64,000 nt of DNA from Longimicrobiales bacterium (GCA_965238005.1 OZ250165.1:1952001-2016000), one strand, 5' to 3'. Shown: positions 32,392-42,463, numbered from the stretch's first letter. Notes: generated by a model from the letters alone, not told the origin. Made by a program: numbers and translations.

Positions 32392-32571
32392 GTCACTGGA
32401 GCCCGGGGGCGAACACCATTGTGTCGGCCGCTGCCCGCAGATACGTCACCGTCCCCCGGCTTCCCGCACGCACAGGGACCCGCGACGTCCGGGTGGTAGG
32501 CATGGATGAGCTGCTCGGCGAAGAACGGCGATGCCCGTCGGACACGGTCATCCCTTGCGCCCGACAATGCC

Positions 32572-32871
32572 TCACAGACCTAGAGATGCACGGATCAGCG
32601 GGCTGATACGCTCGGGAGTCCAGGGCGGGGAGAAGGTGAGCTCGACCTCGCAGCTCTCCACACCCTCCACCCCCTCCACGGCAGCCTGCGCGTCCAAGAC
32701 GAGCTGGTCGGCGACAGGACACATCGGCGAGGTCAGCGACATGACCACATGTACGTCCCCACCATCGACCTCGATGTCGTAGACGAGCCCGAGGACGACG
32801 AGGTCGAGATCCAGCTCAGGGTCCTTCACGCCCTTGAGGGCGTCGCGAACGGTCTTATCCGTTACTGCCAT
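32572..32871 (-). CDS. DUF59 metal-sulfur cluster assembly factor (SufT/PaaD-like)
   Basis: VKDPEL..LGLVY..LTSPMCP..PPWTPE. Confidence 0.93.
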   Translation of the reverse strand: MAVTDKTVRDALKGVKDPELDLDLVVLGLVYDIEVDGGDVHVVMSLTSPMCPVADQLVLDAQAAVEGVEGVESCEVELTFSPPWTPERISPLIRASLGL

Positions 32872-32987
32872 CGCCTTCCTCGACTGCCGTGATCCTACCC
32901 GAGTCGGAGCGACTCGAGCGTTGAAGATAACGATGCCGACCGGCTCAGGTCAGAGCGCCGAGTCCGTTCGTCAGCCCCGGCGGGGCG

Positions 32988-33314
32988 TCAAACCGTGAAT
33001 GAGCTGCCGCACCCGCAGCCGCCGCTCGCCTTGGGATTCTGGAAAGTGAAGCCCTGACCCATCATGCTCGTCACGTAGTCGATCTCGACACCTTCCAAGT
33101 ACTGCGCGCTGAACGGGTCCACGAACACCTTCACGCCGTTGACGTCGAGCACTTCGTCGTCCGCCTCGGGACCGTCCTCGACGTTCAAACCGTACTGAAA
33201 GCCGGAGCACCCACCGGGTAGCACCGCAACGCGGAGTCCAACGTCACCCTCGACGCCATACTCCTGTATGAAGTCCTGGACCTTCTCGGTCGCCGAACTC
33301 GTCATCGTGACCAT
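32988..33314 (-). CDS. iscA: HesB/IscA A-type Fe-S carrier
   Basis: GGCSGFQY, GFTFQNP, CGCGSSF. Confidence 0.93.
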   Translation of the reverse strand: MVTMTSSATEKVQDFIQEYGVEGDVGLRVAVLPGGCSGFQYGLNVEDGPEADDEVLDVNGVKVFVDPFSAQYLEGVEIDYVTSMMGQGFTFQNPKASGGCGCGSSFTV

Positions 33315-33465
33315 GGCGCCGACATCCTCCTGATATCTCGATCTGCCTGCCGTGGAGCCTCTGGGTCCGTCCCCACAGCTCTGAATACCCACCCCGCGGG
33401 CGGGGTTTCTCGCGGGAAAAGCTACCCGAGGCGACAAACCGGGTCAACGCCGCGAATCCGACAGG

Positions 33466-34455
33466 ATGAGGTTCGCCGCGCCCCTCAGATCGTCGGCGAC
33501 CCACACCCCTTCGAGCAGCCATAGAGGCGCTTCTCGCCGATGCTGCTTGCGCTTCAGGACCAAACCGACCCGCGACTGGACCGGCACGAAGCGAATGTTT
33601 TCTTCCCCCCATGGTCTGGATTCGTTCGATCAGTACCTGCAAGACGTAGAGAAATACCCGCTCATTCAGGACCCGTTGGAGGAGCGTGAGCTCGCGCGAC
33701 GGGCGCGCGCTGGGGACAAGGAGGCCGCCGAGCGGCTCGTGACCGCGAACCTCCGGTTCGTGATCTCCTTTGTGAGGAAGTACCAGGGCCGAGGTCTCGA
33801 GTTCAGCGAGCTCGTGTGCCTCGGCAACGAGGGGCTCCTCAAGGCAGTCGAGAAGTTCGATCCGGACAGGGGAGTGAAGTTCATCTCATACGCCGTGTGG
33901 TGGATCCGCCAGACTGTCCTCCAGGCGCTGGCCGCGCAGACCCGCCCGGTGCGCATCCCGCTGAATCAGAACTCGAACCTCGCGAAGGTCGCGCGCACCA
34001 ACACACAGCTCACGCAGTCGCTCGGCCGCACGCCGACCGACGCCGAGATCGCCAGTGAGATGGAAGAGCCGGTGGGGACGATTCGGGCTCTTCGTCGTGT
34101 CGCGGCCGCAGAGCTCAGCCTGGACGCTCCCATCGGCCGGAGGGATGGGGACGGCGCGAGCTTCGGTGAGCGGTTCTCGGGGGCCGAGGCGTCGGATATC
34201 GAGGGAAACGTCGACGCGATCGCCTGCAGGGACTTCCTCGAGACGATGTTCGAGCAGTACCTGACGGAGCGCGAGCGGAAGATCCTCTCCCTGTACTACG
34301 GCCTCGACGACGGAGAGGAGAGGACCCTGGAAGTGATCGGATCGCTTCTCGGCGTCACACGCGAGCGCATCAGGCAGATCCGGGACCGAGCGTTCGAGAA
34401 GCTCCTCGAGAGCCCGCACGGCGAATCCCTCTCAGGATTCTGGAATGCCAACTGA
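33466..34455 (+). CDS. Sigma-70 family group 1/2-like sigma factor (start uncertain, possibly 33595)
   Basis: LVTANLRFV, GNEGLLKAVEKFDP, KFISYAVWWIRQ, TLEVIG..VTRERIRQI. Confidence 0.92.
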   Translation: MRFAAPLRSSATHTPSSSHRGASRRCCLRFRTKPTRDWTGTKRMFSSPHGLDSFDQYLQDVEKYPLIQDPLEERELARRARAGDKEAAERLVTANLRFVISFVRKYQGRGLEFSELVCLGNEGLLKAVEKFDPDRGVKFISYAVWWIRQTVLQALAAQTRPVRIPLNQNSNLAKVARTNTQLTQSLGRTPTDAEIASEMEEPVGTIRALRRVAAAELSLDAPIGRRDGDGASFGERFSGAEASDIEGNVDAIACRDFLETMFEQYLTERERKILSLYYGLDDGEERTLEVIGSLLGVTRERIRQIRDRAFEKLLESPHGESLSGFWNAN

Positions 34456-34539
34456 CGCAGCGCCAGCCAGGGCGGTGGCGCCCGCCAGTAACGTGCAAGA
34501 GAGTGCCGCCAGACACCCGAAGGCGAAGACGACTCGGCC

Positions 34540-34631
34540 GTCGGCCACGTAGACCGGTCCGCCATACCGCCCTCATCCAACTCACGCTCTACGCGGTAGC
34601 GGCCCTTCAGGGCTGCCACGGTTTCACCCAC
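34540..34631 (-). pseudogene. Degenerate Ser/Thr kinase N-terminal stub
   Basis: VAALKGRYRVERELDEGGMA then frameshift. Confidence 0.7.
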
Positions 34632-34856
34632 CGTCCCCTGGACGGTTGACGAGAAGTGCCTCTTCCATGAGCTTTACGGCGAATAGAGCAACATTGAGTA
34701 GGCTAGAAGCAGCGGTATCGATGCGGGGGCCTCCACAGGCTGCCCGCTTTTTTCGTGGCAAGTGCCGCGGCCCAGCGCGGGGGAGTTCCCGCGCGAGTCA
34801 TGTAGTCGGAAGGTGCGGTTCATCCGGACTCCGACAATGACCACCAAAGGAGCAGG

Positions 34857-35066
34857 ATGATGCGTACCAGAGGGACAGTGAAGTGGTTCAACGATCAGAA
34901 GGGCTTCGGCTTTATCACGCCCGAGGACAATAGCAAAGACTGCTTTGTCCACCATTCCGCCATTCAGGCCGAGGGCTTCAAGTCTCTGGCCGAAGGCGAG
35001 AGCGTCGAGTTCGACGTGGTAGAGGGTCAGAAGGGCCCCGCCGCGGAGAACGTCCAGAAGGTCTAA
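34857..35066 (+). CDS. cspA: Cold-shock protein
   Basis: [29 protein letters not shown]. Confidence 0.97.
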   Translation: MMRTRGTVKWFNDQKGFGFITPEDNSKDCFVHHSAIQAEGFKSLAEGESVEFDVVEGQKGPAAENVQKV

Positions 35067-35098
35067 AGCCGTTCGGGTCGAGTGGCCCCCAGCAGGTA

Positions 35099-35137
35099 GC
35101 GGGCCGCCCTGAGCATCGGGGTGGCCCGCTTGTTTTG
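35099..35137 (+). terminator. Intrinsic terminator of cspA
   Basis: GCGGGCCGCCC..GGGTGGCCCGC followed by TTGTTTT. Confidence 0.7.
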
Positions 35138-35283
35138 TCCCCTCACCGCTGCCCAGATACCTATGTGGTACCTGGAACGCGAAAACGGCCACCCAACCAC
35201 AGAGTGACCGTTCGCCCGCCGAGTGCGGAGTCGCGTCGTGGGTGAGGCGCGGGCTGCCGGTTAGGCGAGGCCTGCTACATCCC

Positions 35284-35412
35284 CTACAGGTTCTGCTCGT
35301 GCCTGATGTCCTCGGCCAAGTAGACCGTGGCCATCCCGCCTTCACCCAGCTCGCGCTCGATGGCGTAGCGGCCTTCGAGGGCCGCCTTGAGGCGGGCGAC
35401 GGTGTCGGACAT
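35284..35412 (-). pseudogene. Ser/Thr kinase N-terminal stub (42 aa)
   Basis: MSDTVARLKAALEGRYAIERELGEGGMATVYLAEDIRHEQNL*. Confidence 0.8.
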
Positions 35413-35540
35413 GGCGGACAAGATGCGTCTGATGCGTACGCGGCAGCAAGCACCATATCCTACAACCTCAGCAGTAATCGAAGTCTTACGACGGCCGATT
35501 CAGATCTTGTCGGGCCCCGATGCGGAGGCGAGCTTTGGTC

Positions 35541-35756
35541 ATGGCTTCACGAATCGATTTTTCCGAGCTGACTCCCGCCGAACGGCTCTCGCTAATCGAC
35601 GATCTTTGGGAGAGCCTGTCCGACGAGGTGGCCCTCCCGATTTCGCCGTCACTCGGACGTGCACTGGATCGTCGGGTGGAAGAAGCGCAGCGAAGTCCTG
35701 AAGAAGGGCGGTCGTGGGAAACGATCCGTTCAGACCTCGAGGAGCCCAGCGGCTGA
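35541..35756 (+). CDS. Addiction-module antitoxin component (TIGR02574-like)
   Basis: LTPAERLSLIDDLWESL..LDRR..SWETIR. Confidence 0.85.
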   Translation: MASRIDFSELTPAERLSLIDDLWESLSDEVALPISPSLGRALDRRVEEAQRSPEEGRSWETIRSDLEEPSG

Positions 35757-35812
35757 GTGCGACGGCTCGTCGTCCGGTCTCTTGCCGAGGCCGAGATTGA
35801 ACAAGCCTACCT
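35757..35812 (+). pseudogene. RelE/ParE toxin N-terminal stub
   Basis: VRRLVVRSLAEAEIEQAY directly after the antitoxin, then unrelated sequence. Confidence 0.65.
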
Positions 35813-36532
35813 ATGTGAAGCCGATCCTCTTTCTCAGGTTCTTAGGAAAAAAGATCGAAGCCGGATCGAGGATTACAGTTCAATCTGTGATCGAGCCACC
35901 AGATTGGTTTGTCCGTCTTACCCGTTGGTTTCCAACACAGTGGTTTAGCCTCGCCTGGCTGCCCAAGCGATATCGGGTCGGAGTCAGTGTGTTGGGCGGC
36001 TTGCTCTTTTGGCTGGTTGTCTATCTGGGTCAGTTGTTCAATCCATCCTACTCGTTCTTGGATCAACTCTCTCAATTGGGGGGCCAGGGAGCAGTTGCAG
36101 CCTGGATTTTCAATGCTGGAGTGATTACTGCGGGGGGACTAGCCATCGCGTATTGCTACTTATTGATGTTACAGGTGCGCACTCTCCCTTCTGCGGTTGG
36201 CCTGCTTTTTTTTCTCGTCGCATTCGTTTTCTTGATTCTGATCGGGTCTTTTACGTGGCCATCCACTATGCATCTTCTCTCCCTGATCCTTTTCCTGAGT
36301 TTTGCCCTGAGTGGTGGGGCGCTCATGGGCGTCGGATTGCGTCTGGAAAGGATACCCTCGTCGTGGCTGGGTGATTATCGGAATGTCGTTCTTGGGTGGG
36401 GCTGTCTCGCTTCTCCTCCCATGGCTCTCGGAAGGTCCGCTTGAGATCATTGGAATCAGTCTGATCATGGCGATTCTGCTTACGGTCAGAAATGATATCA
36501 GGCATCAGTCTGAAGAGGAGGAAGCAGGTTGA
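35812..36532 (+). pseudogene. DUF998-like membrane protein fragment, frameshifted near 36345
   Basis: PSYSFLDQLSQLG..AWIFNAG, several TM helices; no clear start; tail GPLEII in another frame. Confidence 0.55.
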
Positions 36533-36633
36533 CATCACGGCGAGAGCCATCCGGGTCGCGATTGCGAGGCGCCGAGCTCGGCGGCACTTTCGTCCTCCTC
36601 GATCCGACGAAGTCCCTCACGGAGAAGCGAAGA

Positions 36634-37436
36634 ATGCAGAGATCGCCTGGAATTCCGGCGCTCGGCCTTGTCCTGCTCCTGTCCTCACGACCTTCCTGGG
36701 TTCGTGCGCGGGGGCTGACGACGGTGACACAACACGCGCGAGCGATCCCGGCGGTGAGGTTCCCACGTTTACGGTCGACCCGTCGTGGCCTCTCGAGATG
36801 CCAAACAAGTGGATCATGGGCGCCGTGACCGCGGTCTTCGTAGACGCGCAGGATCACGTTTGGGTCACTCATCTCCCCGAGACGCTCACGCCCGAGGAGA
36901 TCTCGGCCGTCCAGGATCCGCCGCTCGGAACGTGCTGCGTGCCGGCTCCCGTCGTGATCGAGTTCGACGCCGAGGGCAGCGTGGTCCAGGGGTGGGGTGA
37001 CCCTGCTACCCAGGACATCTCAGAGTTCCCGCGCAACGCGCACGGGCTGTTCATCGACCACAACGACTTCGTGTGGATCGGGACGTTTCGGCATCACCGC
37101 GTGATGAAGTTCACGCGTAGCGGAGAGCTGGTGATGCAGATAGGGGAATACGAGGTGAGCGGGGGCAGCAACGACGAGAGTCTTCTCGGGGGGCCGGCGG
37201 GGATCTGGGTCGATCCTTCGACGAACGAGGTCTTCATCGCGGACGGGTACAGGAATCGCCGCGTGATCGTGTTCGACGGCGAGACGGGGGCCTACCTACG
37301 TCACTGGGGTGCGTATGGGGAACGGCCCGACGACACGTACCGGTACGGCGATCGCGATCCGGCTGGCCCACCGCCGCGTCAGTTTTCCACCGTTCACGGC
37401 CTCGTGGGCTCGAAGGATGGACTCATCTATGTGGCC
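36634..37436 (+). pseudogene. NHL-repeat lipoprotein, frameshifted near the start and truncated
   Basis: VDPSWP, VFVDAQDHVWV, HGLFIDH, VFIADGYRNRRV, DGLIYVA then junction. Confidence 0.8.
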
Positions 37437-37666
37437 GCGATGAGGTTCGCGGTTTTCGCGGTGCTGGCCGAGTCTTTCGATGCCTCCGCCGAGTCCACCG
37501 CAGCATTGATCGCCCGGTCCTCTCGTTTGATCTTCTGCTCGCGGAGCCACGACTGAGCCCAGCCCATCTCGGTGCTGTTGGTCCAGTGCCCCATGTACAC
37601 GTACCGGTCCACCGTGGCCTCGCCCAACTCATCCAACTCCTCGTAGAACTCTTCTCGTTCAGCCAC
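37437..37666 (-). pseudogene. Truncated hypothetical protein adjacent to ssrA
   Basis: VAEREEFYEELDELGEATV..AQSWLREQK.. collides head-on with the NHL fragment. Confidence 0.4.
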
Positions 37667-37728
37667 AAGCACTCCGAAAAGTTGACCCCAACCTGCACAC
37701 AAACCCGCACACTCGCTCTAGAAAGAGA

Positions 37729-37759
37729 ACGGGGCACCGAGCGTAACCCGGTGCCCCGT
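37729..37759 (-). terminator. Intrinsic terminator of tmRNA
   Basis: ACGGGGCACCG..CGGTGCCCCGT hairpin followed on the minus strand by TCTCTTTCT. Confidence 0.8.
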
Positions 37760-37785
37760 CACAACTCGCGCGATTCTCTCGCGCA

Positions 37786-38140
37786 GTGGAGGCGGCGGGA
37801 GTCGAACCCGCGTCCGCGAATCGATCCTACAGAGCCTCTACGTGCGTAGCGTCACTCGAGAATTCGCATGGGGCGGTGAGCGAGCAACCGGCCCCCAAGC
37901 TAGCTACCTGATCGTCTCATCCCCCACCAGGACAGCACTGGCGTGGGACCAGCCCGACTCATCGACGTCTCGGAGACCCGCCTCGGGCGGGCAGATCAGG
38001 AGACGGGCTACGAACCGTAGTTACGCAGCCAATGCCAGATCATTGTTGGCAATTGTGATTCCCCCAGGTTTTAACGAGGTCCCAGGAACCTCGGCACGCA
38101 ACTCCATGTTCACCAAACGCGTCGAAGCCGTGACGCCCCC
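37786..38140 (-). ncRNA. ssrA: tmRNA, tag peptide ANNDLALAA (38050-38021)
   Basis: 5' GGGGGCGTCACGGCTTCGAC; 3' GACGCGGGTTCGACTCCCGCCGCCTCCA; tag ORF ending LAA*; full CCA not encoded. Confidence 0.97.
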
Positions 38141-38269
38141 GGTTTCCTGCGGCCTTTCGGCCGGTACTTCAGTATCGGTCACCCGATGACTACCCTTACC
38201 CCGGCCTGGAAGGCCAGGATCCCCCTCATGGCGCGTCAGGCGCCCCGCCGGACCATCGGCGGCCGGCCC

Positions 38270-39271
38270 TCAGGCCGCTTCGGCCCCTTCCAGGTGACGG
38301 TCCAGATAGCCCTGCAGCAGCATCTCGACCTGCTCGAGGGTCGTCACCTGGAAGAGCTCGGTCCGGAGAGATCGTCCGTCCGGAAGTCCCTTCGTATACC
38401 ACCCGAGGTGCTTCCGGAAGTCGATGAGGGTGCGATCCGCATCGTGTCCGAACTCGATTCCGTTCCGGATGTGCTCCAGGCACACCCGGAAGCGCTCTTC
38501 CACACCGGGATCCGCCGGCACGGACCGGCCGTCCAACGCTGCCCGGGCCTGCTCAAAGATCCACGGATAGCCGTGGCCTCCCCGGGCAATCATGACGCCG
38601 GCGCAGTTTGTCGCGTCCTTCATGCGACGCGCGTCGGCCCCCACGTGGACGTCACCGTTTCCGACCACAGGAACGTCCAAGGCGTCCACGAGGGCTGCGA
38701 TCTCATCCCAGCGGGCCTCCCCGGAGTACATGTCCGTCCTGGCGCGGGGGTGGAGCGTGACCATCCGCGATCCGGCGTCCTGGCACCGGAGGCCGATCCC
38801 TACGGGATCCCGCGACGGCTCGTCGTAGCCACTCCGGATCTTGGTCGTCACGGGCAGGTGCGTGTTCGCCGCCACGGCCTTGATGATGCGCTCGACCAGG
38901 TCCATGTCCCGGAGGCATCCCGAGCCCCCGTTCCGCTTCACGATCTTCTTCACCGGACACCCGAAGTTGATGTCGATGAAGTTCGGCCCGAACAGGTCCG
39001 TCACGAGGGCCGAGGCCTCCCCCATGGTCCTGGCGTCCGACCCGAAGATCTGGATGCCGACGGGCCGCTCGTCCTCGTCGAACCGCAGGTGATCCCGCGT
39101 CTGGCGGTTGCCCTGCATGATGCCGTCGGCGCTCACGAACTCGGTGGAGACGATATCCGCTCCGAAGCGGCGGCAAAGCCGCCTGAACGGCGACTCGCTC
39201 ACGCCCGCCTGGGGCGCGAGGAAAAGCGGAGTCCGGTCGCTCGCGAGGAGCTCGAAGAGATCGTCGGCCAT
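38270..39271 (-). CDS. dusB: tRNA dihydrouridine synthase DusB
   Basis: LAPQAGVS, IDINFGCP, TTKIRSG, VVGNGDV, RKHLGWY. Confidence 0.93.
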   Translation of the reverse strand: MADDLFELLASDRTPLFLAPQAGVSESPFRRLCRRFGADIVSTEFVSADGIMQGNRQTRDHLRFDEDERPVGIQIFGSDARTMGEASALVTDLFGPNFIDINFGCPVKKIVKRNGGSGCLRDMDLVERIIKAVAANTHLPVTTKIRSGYDEPSRDPVGIGLRCQDAGSRMVTLHPRARTDMYSGEARWDEIAALVDALDVPVVGNGDVHVGADARRMKDATNCAGVMIARGGHGYPWIFEQARAALDGRSVPADPGVEERFRVCLEHIRNGIEFGHDADRTLIDFRKHLGWYTKGLPDGRSLRTELFQVTTLEQVEMLLQGYLDRHLEGAEAA

Positions 39272-39407
39272 ATGAGGAAAGGTATGATCCGCGTCGAAAA
39301 GGGTGAAGTGCAGCGCTTTACAGCCCCCACCATCCTGAGGAATATTGCAGGCTCATACCAGACGAACCAACATGCTCGCGAAGGATCGCTCCTTCGGAGG
39401 AATAGAT

Positions 39408-39860
39408 ATGAAGCTCAGGGAGCTGTTCACGGGCGACGTCGTCAATCTCAACCTCGCGGCGGAATCGAAGGACGAGACCCTCAAGCAGCTGGTCTCGCTC
39501 CTGCACCTGGATGAGAAGTCCGAAAGCATCCTCTACAAGACCCTGAAACGCCGGGAGAATCTCGGCTCCACCGGAATCGGCAGGGGGATCGCCATCCCGC
39601 ACTGTCGCTCCCTCGTAGTGAGCCGCCTCCGCCTCGCATACGGGCGGAAGCTGGATGGCGTGGAGTTCAAGGCCATCGACGACCAGCCCGTCCACAACTT
39701 CTTCCTCATCGTCGCTCCACCCCTCGAGGTCTCCAACCTATACCTTCCTGTTCTCGGCAAGATCGCCCAGTTCGCCAAAGACGACGACGTCCCGAGGCTC
39801 TTGGAGGAGCTCGAGGAGCCGGAGGAGTTCCTCAGGCTGCTTGAAGAGCGGGCTCCCTAG
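39408..39860 (+). CDS. PTS EIIA (fructose/Ntr type)
   Basis: RENLGSTGIGRGIAIPH. Confidence 0.9.
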   Translation: MKLRELFTGDVVNLNLAAESKDETLKQLVSLLHLDEKSESILYKTLKRRENLGSTGIGRGIAIPHCRSLVVSRLRLAYGRKLDGVEFKAIDDQPVHNFFLIVAPPLEVSNLYLPVLGKIAQFAKDDDVPRLLEELEEPEEFLRLLEERAP

Positions 39861-39942
39861 GGGCCCCTTGAGTGCACCCGAGACAAAAAAACGCCCCTCA
39901 GGGACGTCGGCTTGAGACAGGTCCACTCCTAGCGGACGGATC

Positions 39943-40374
39943 CTATTTGGTGACGTACATCCTGATGACCGCTCGCTCCCCGTTCACGGTCAGCTGAACG
40001 AAGTAGATGCCCGACGCCACCTGCCGTCCCGCCTGATCGAGGCCGTCCCAGTAGGCCTCGTGACGACCTGGCACCGTGTATTCCAGATCGACCAGGGGCG
40101 TCTGACCGTTGGGGTGATTGAGGGCGGTAGGAATGGCCACAAACTGCTGCAGCACGTTGAAGATGCGCACGGATACAACGGCCGTTCTACCATCCTCGAA
40201 TAGCCCCTCGTTGAGTTCGAATGGGATTTTCGTCTCAGGATTGAACGGATTGGGGTAGTTCTGGCCTAATGTGAATCCCCTCTCCGGTCTTTCGGCGGGC
40301 TGCGCAGTAAGGTCAGACGCAATGCCGAAAACCGCGAGAAGCAGGAAGACGCAATATGCGCGTCTCATGTGCAC
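39943..40374 (-). CDS. Secreted FlgD-Ig/T9SS-CTD-like domain protein
   Basis: LGQNYPNPFNPET, WDGLD..VASGIYF. Confidence 0.85.
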   Translation of the reverse strand: MHMRRAYCVFLLLAVFGIASDLTAQPAERPERGFTLGQNYPNPFNPETKIPFELNEGLFEDGRTAVVSVRIFNVLQQFVAIPTALNHPNGQTPLVDLEYTVPGRHEAYWDGLDQAGRQVASGIYFVQLTVNGERAVIRMYVTK

Positions 40375-40531
40375 CTACCCATGCCGTAGCCGTTGGACTA
40401 ATAGCCCTCCAGAGAGTCAGTGCCTGCAATCCTACACTTCTTGTCTCAACTATACCTCTCGGCGAAAACAGTTGCAAGCATATGTTTCCTCCGGGTTCAT
40501 ATAGGCCGGAAGCCACTCGTTGGTTCCCCTT

Positions 40532-42463
40532 CTACCTCCCCGCAGCGTCCGCCCCCCCCTGGGACACCACTTCCCGGCCGTCGCCCTTCCGAAGCGTCAG
40601 CCCCGTCCGGTCGAAGTAGCTCAGGATGGGAATCAGATGTTTCCGCGTAACCGGGAGCACATCCCGGAAGTCTGCTGGCCCCAACCCTTTAGCACCTGCC
40701 ATTTCACTTTTTAACTTACGACCTGCCTCAGCGATCGCCCGTGCATCCGCAAAGATGTCGTCGTCCAGATTCACCAGGTGCCCCTCACGCTCCAGCAGCT
40801 TGAGCACAGGCCATAGGTCGCGGTTGTTCCTCGACGCATCCGGAAGCTCGTCCACCGTCGGCGGCGCCAGTCCCTCCTGCCGATACAGCTCCAGGAGCTC
40901 CTCTCGCAAGGCGACCTGTTGGGGGGTGAGCGACGGCTCATACCCCGGCCGGGAAACCAGGCCCTCCTGCACGCGGATCCGGCCCGAGGCGGCGGCCTCG
41001 TCCAGGAGAAGCTCGGCCAGACGGGCCTCGTCTCCCGTGGGCAGCGTCTGCCGAAGGAGCTCGACTGCGATGCCGGGTCTGAGGGGCTCTTCCCGATGAA
41101 AGGCGTCCACGGCCTCTTCCAGAAGCGTCCTCGCGGCTTCCACCGTGACGGAACCGTAGATCTCGCCGGCCGCCTCCCGGGCTCCGGATTCCAGCACGGT
41201 GGCCTTGGCCGATCCTACCGTGTCCGGTGCCAGTCCGGTGTGGATGGGGACCTCCTGCGCTGCCACCCCCCTCCAGGCAGCGAGGGCGAGGCGCGCGCCC
41301 AGCGACTCGGCGGCGTCCCCGTGGATGATCGTCCGGAGGGCGTCTCCCTCCCCGGCTCGAAGCTTCTTCCGCTTCGGTGCCACCGCCTCGGCGACGATCC
41401 CACCACCGATGGTCGTCACGGGCGAATATGACCGGATCACGAGGCGGTCGCGGGTGCGTGCCAGGAGCGGGTTCTCGAGCCTCAGCTGCACCCAGCCGGA
41501 CTCGCCGGGGGGCACCTCCCCACCCTCCAGCGTGACAACCCGGGCCATGACCTCGCTGGTGCCGAGGTGGACCCGCACGCGCTGTCCATGCTTGACCGTC
41601 CATCCGGCTTCGGGAAGGACGGCGAGAGCCACCGTGAGCATCGAGGTCGGAGACCAACCGGCCTCCAACACGAGCACCTGGCCTCGCTTCACCGTTTCGA
41701 GGTCGATGGCCGCCCCGGTGATTGCGACGGCGGTGCGCTCGCCCGCCTCAGCCCGCTCCACCGGAGCTCCGTGCACCTGCAGACCCCGAATCCGCCCGCC
41801 AATGCCCGAGGGCTGGAGGATGACGCTGTCACCCATGGACAGGCTGCCACTCCACAGCGTCCCCGTCACCACTGTACCGGTGCCTCTCACCGTGAAGGCC
41901 CGGTCGATGGGGAGGCGGGCGATGTCCTCGCTCGAGCGCTCCCCCACCCGCTGGGCCACACCGGCCAATACCTCCACAAGCTCGTCCATGCCCTCTCCGG
42001 TCACCGTGGACGTTCTCACCACGGGAGCGCCGGCGAAGGGGGTCTCGGCCAATGCCTCGGAAACCTCTTCCTCCACGAGGGCGAGCCACTCGTCCTCCAC
42101 GAGATCGGACTTGGTGAGCGCCACCACCATCTGATCGACGCCCAGCAGCCGAACGATGTCGAGATGCTCTCCTGTCTGTGGCATCATGCCCTCGTCGGCG
42201 GCCACGACCATGAGGACCAGATCCATCCCGGTGGCGCCGGCCAGCATATTACGGATGAACCCCTCGTGTCCCGGGACGTCCACGATGCCGAGGTGGAGTC
42301 CTTCCTTCGGTACGAGCTCGGCGAATCCCAGGTCTATGGTGATGCCCCGCGCCTTCTCTTCTTGGAGCCTGTCCGTATCCACGCCTGTAAGGGCCTTCAC
42401 GAGCGCCGTCTTGCCGTGATCGATGTGGCCGGCCGTACCGAGAATGAGCCTCTTCTCCGTCAT
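40532..42463 (-). CDS. selB: Selenocysteine-specific elongation factor
   Basis: GTAGHIDHGKT, EEKARGITIDLGF, DVPGHE, C-terminal TRKHLIPILSYFDR. Confidence 0.96.
   Translation of the reverse strand: MTEKRLILGTAGHIDHGKTALVKALTGVDTDRLQEEKARGITIDLGFAELVPKEGLHLGIVDVPGHEGFIRNMLAGATGMDLVLMVVAADEGMMPQTGEHLDIVRLLGVDQMVVALTKSDLVEDEWLALVEEEVSEALAETPFAGAPVVRTSTVTGEGMDELVEVLAGVAQRVGERSSEDIARLPIDRAFTVRGTGTVVTGTLWSGSLSMGDSVILQPSGIGGRIRGLQVHGAPVERAEAGERTAVAITGAAIDLETVKRGQVLVLEAGWSPTSMLTVALAVLPEAGWTVKHGQRVRVHLGTSEVMARVVTLEGGEVPPGESGWVQLRLENPLLARTRDRLVIRSYSPVTTIGGGIVAEAVAPKRKKLRAGEGDALRTIIHGDAAESLGARLALAAWRGVAAQEVPIHTGLAPDTVGSAKATVLESGAREAAGEIYGSVTVEAARTLLEEAVDAFHREEPLRPGIAVELLRQTLPTGDEARLAELLLDEAAASGRIRVQEGLVSRPGYEPSLTPQQVALREELLELYRQEGLAPPTVDELPDASRNNRDLWPVLKLLEREGHLVNLDDDIFADARAIAEAGRKLKSEMAGAKGLGPADFRDVLPVTRKHLIPILSYFDRTGLTLRKGDGREVVSQGGADAAGR

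Noticed and set aside
35191..35266. Integron attC site (ACCCAAC..GTTAGGC)
   Set aside because: R boxes only partly complementary, no L boxes, no repetition and no intI.
40375..40531. tRNA-Sec (selC) near selB
   Set aside because: No cloverleaf with a TCA anticodon seen; IscA here uses Cys codons, not UGA.
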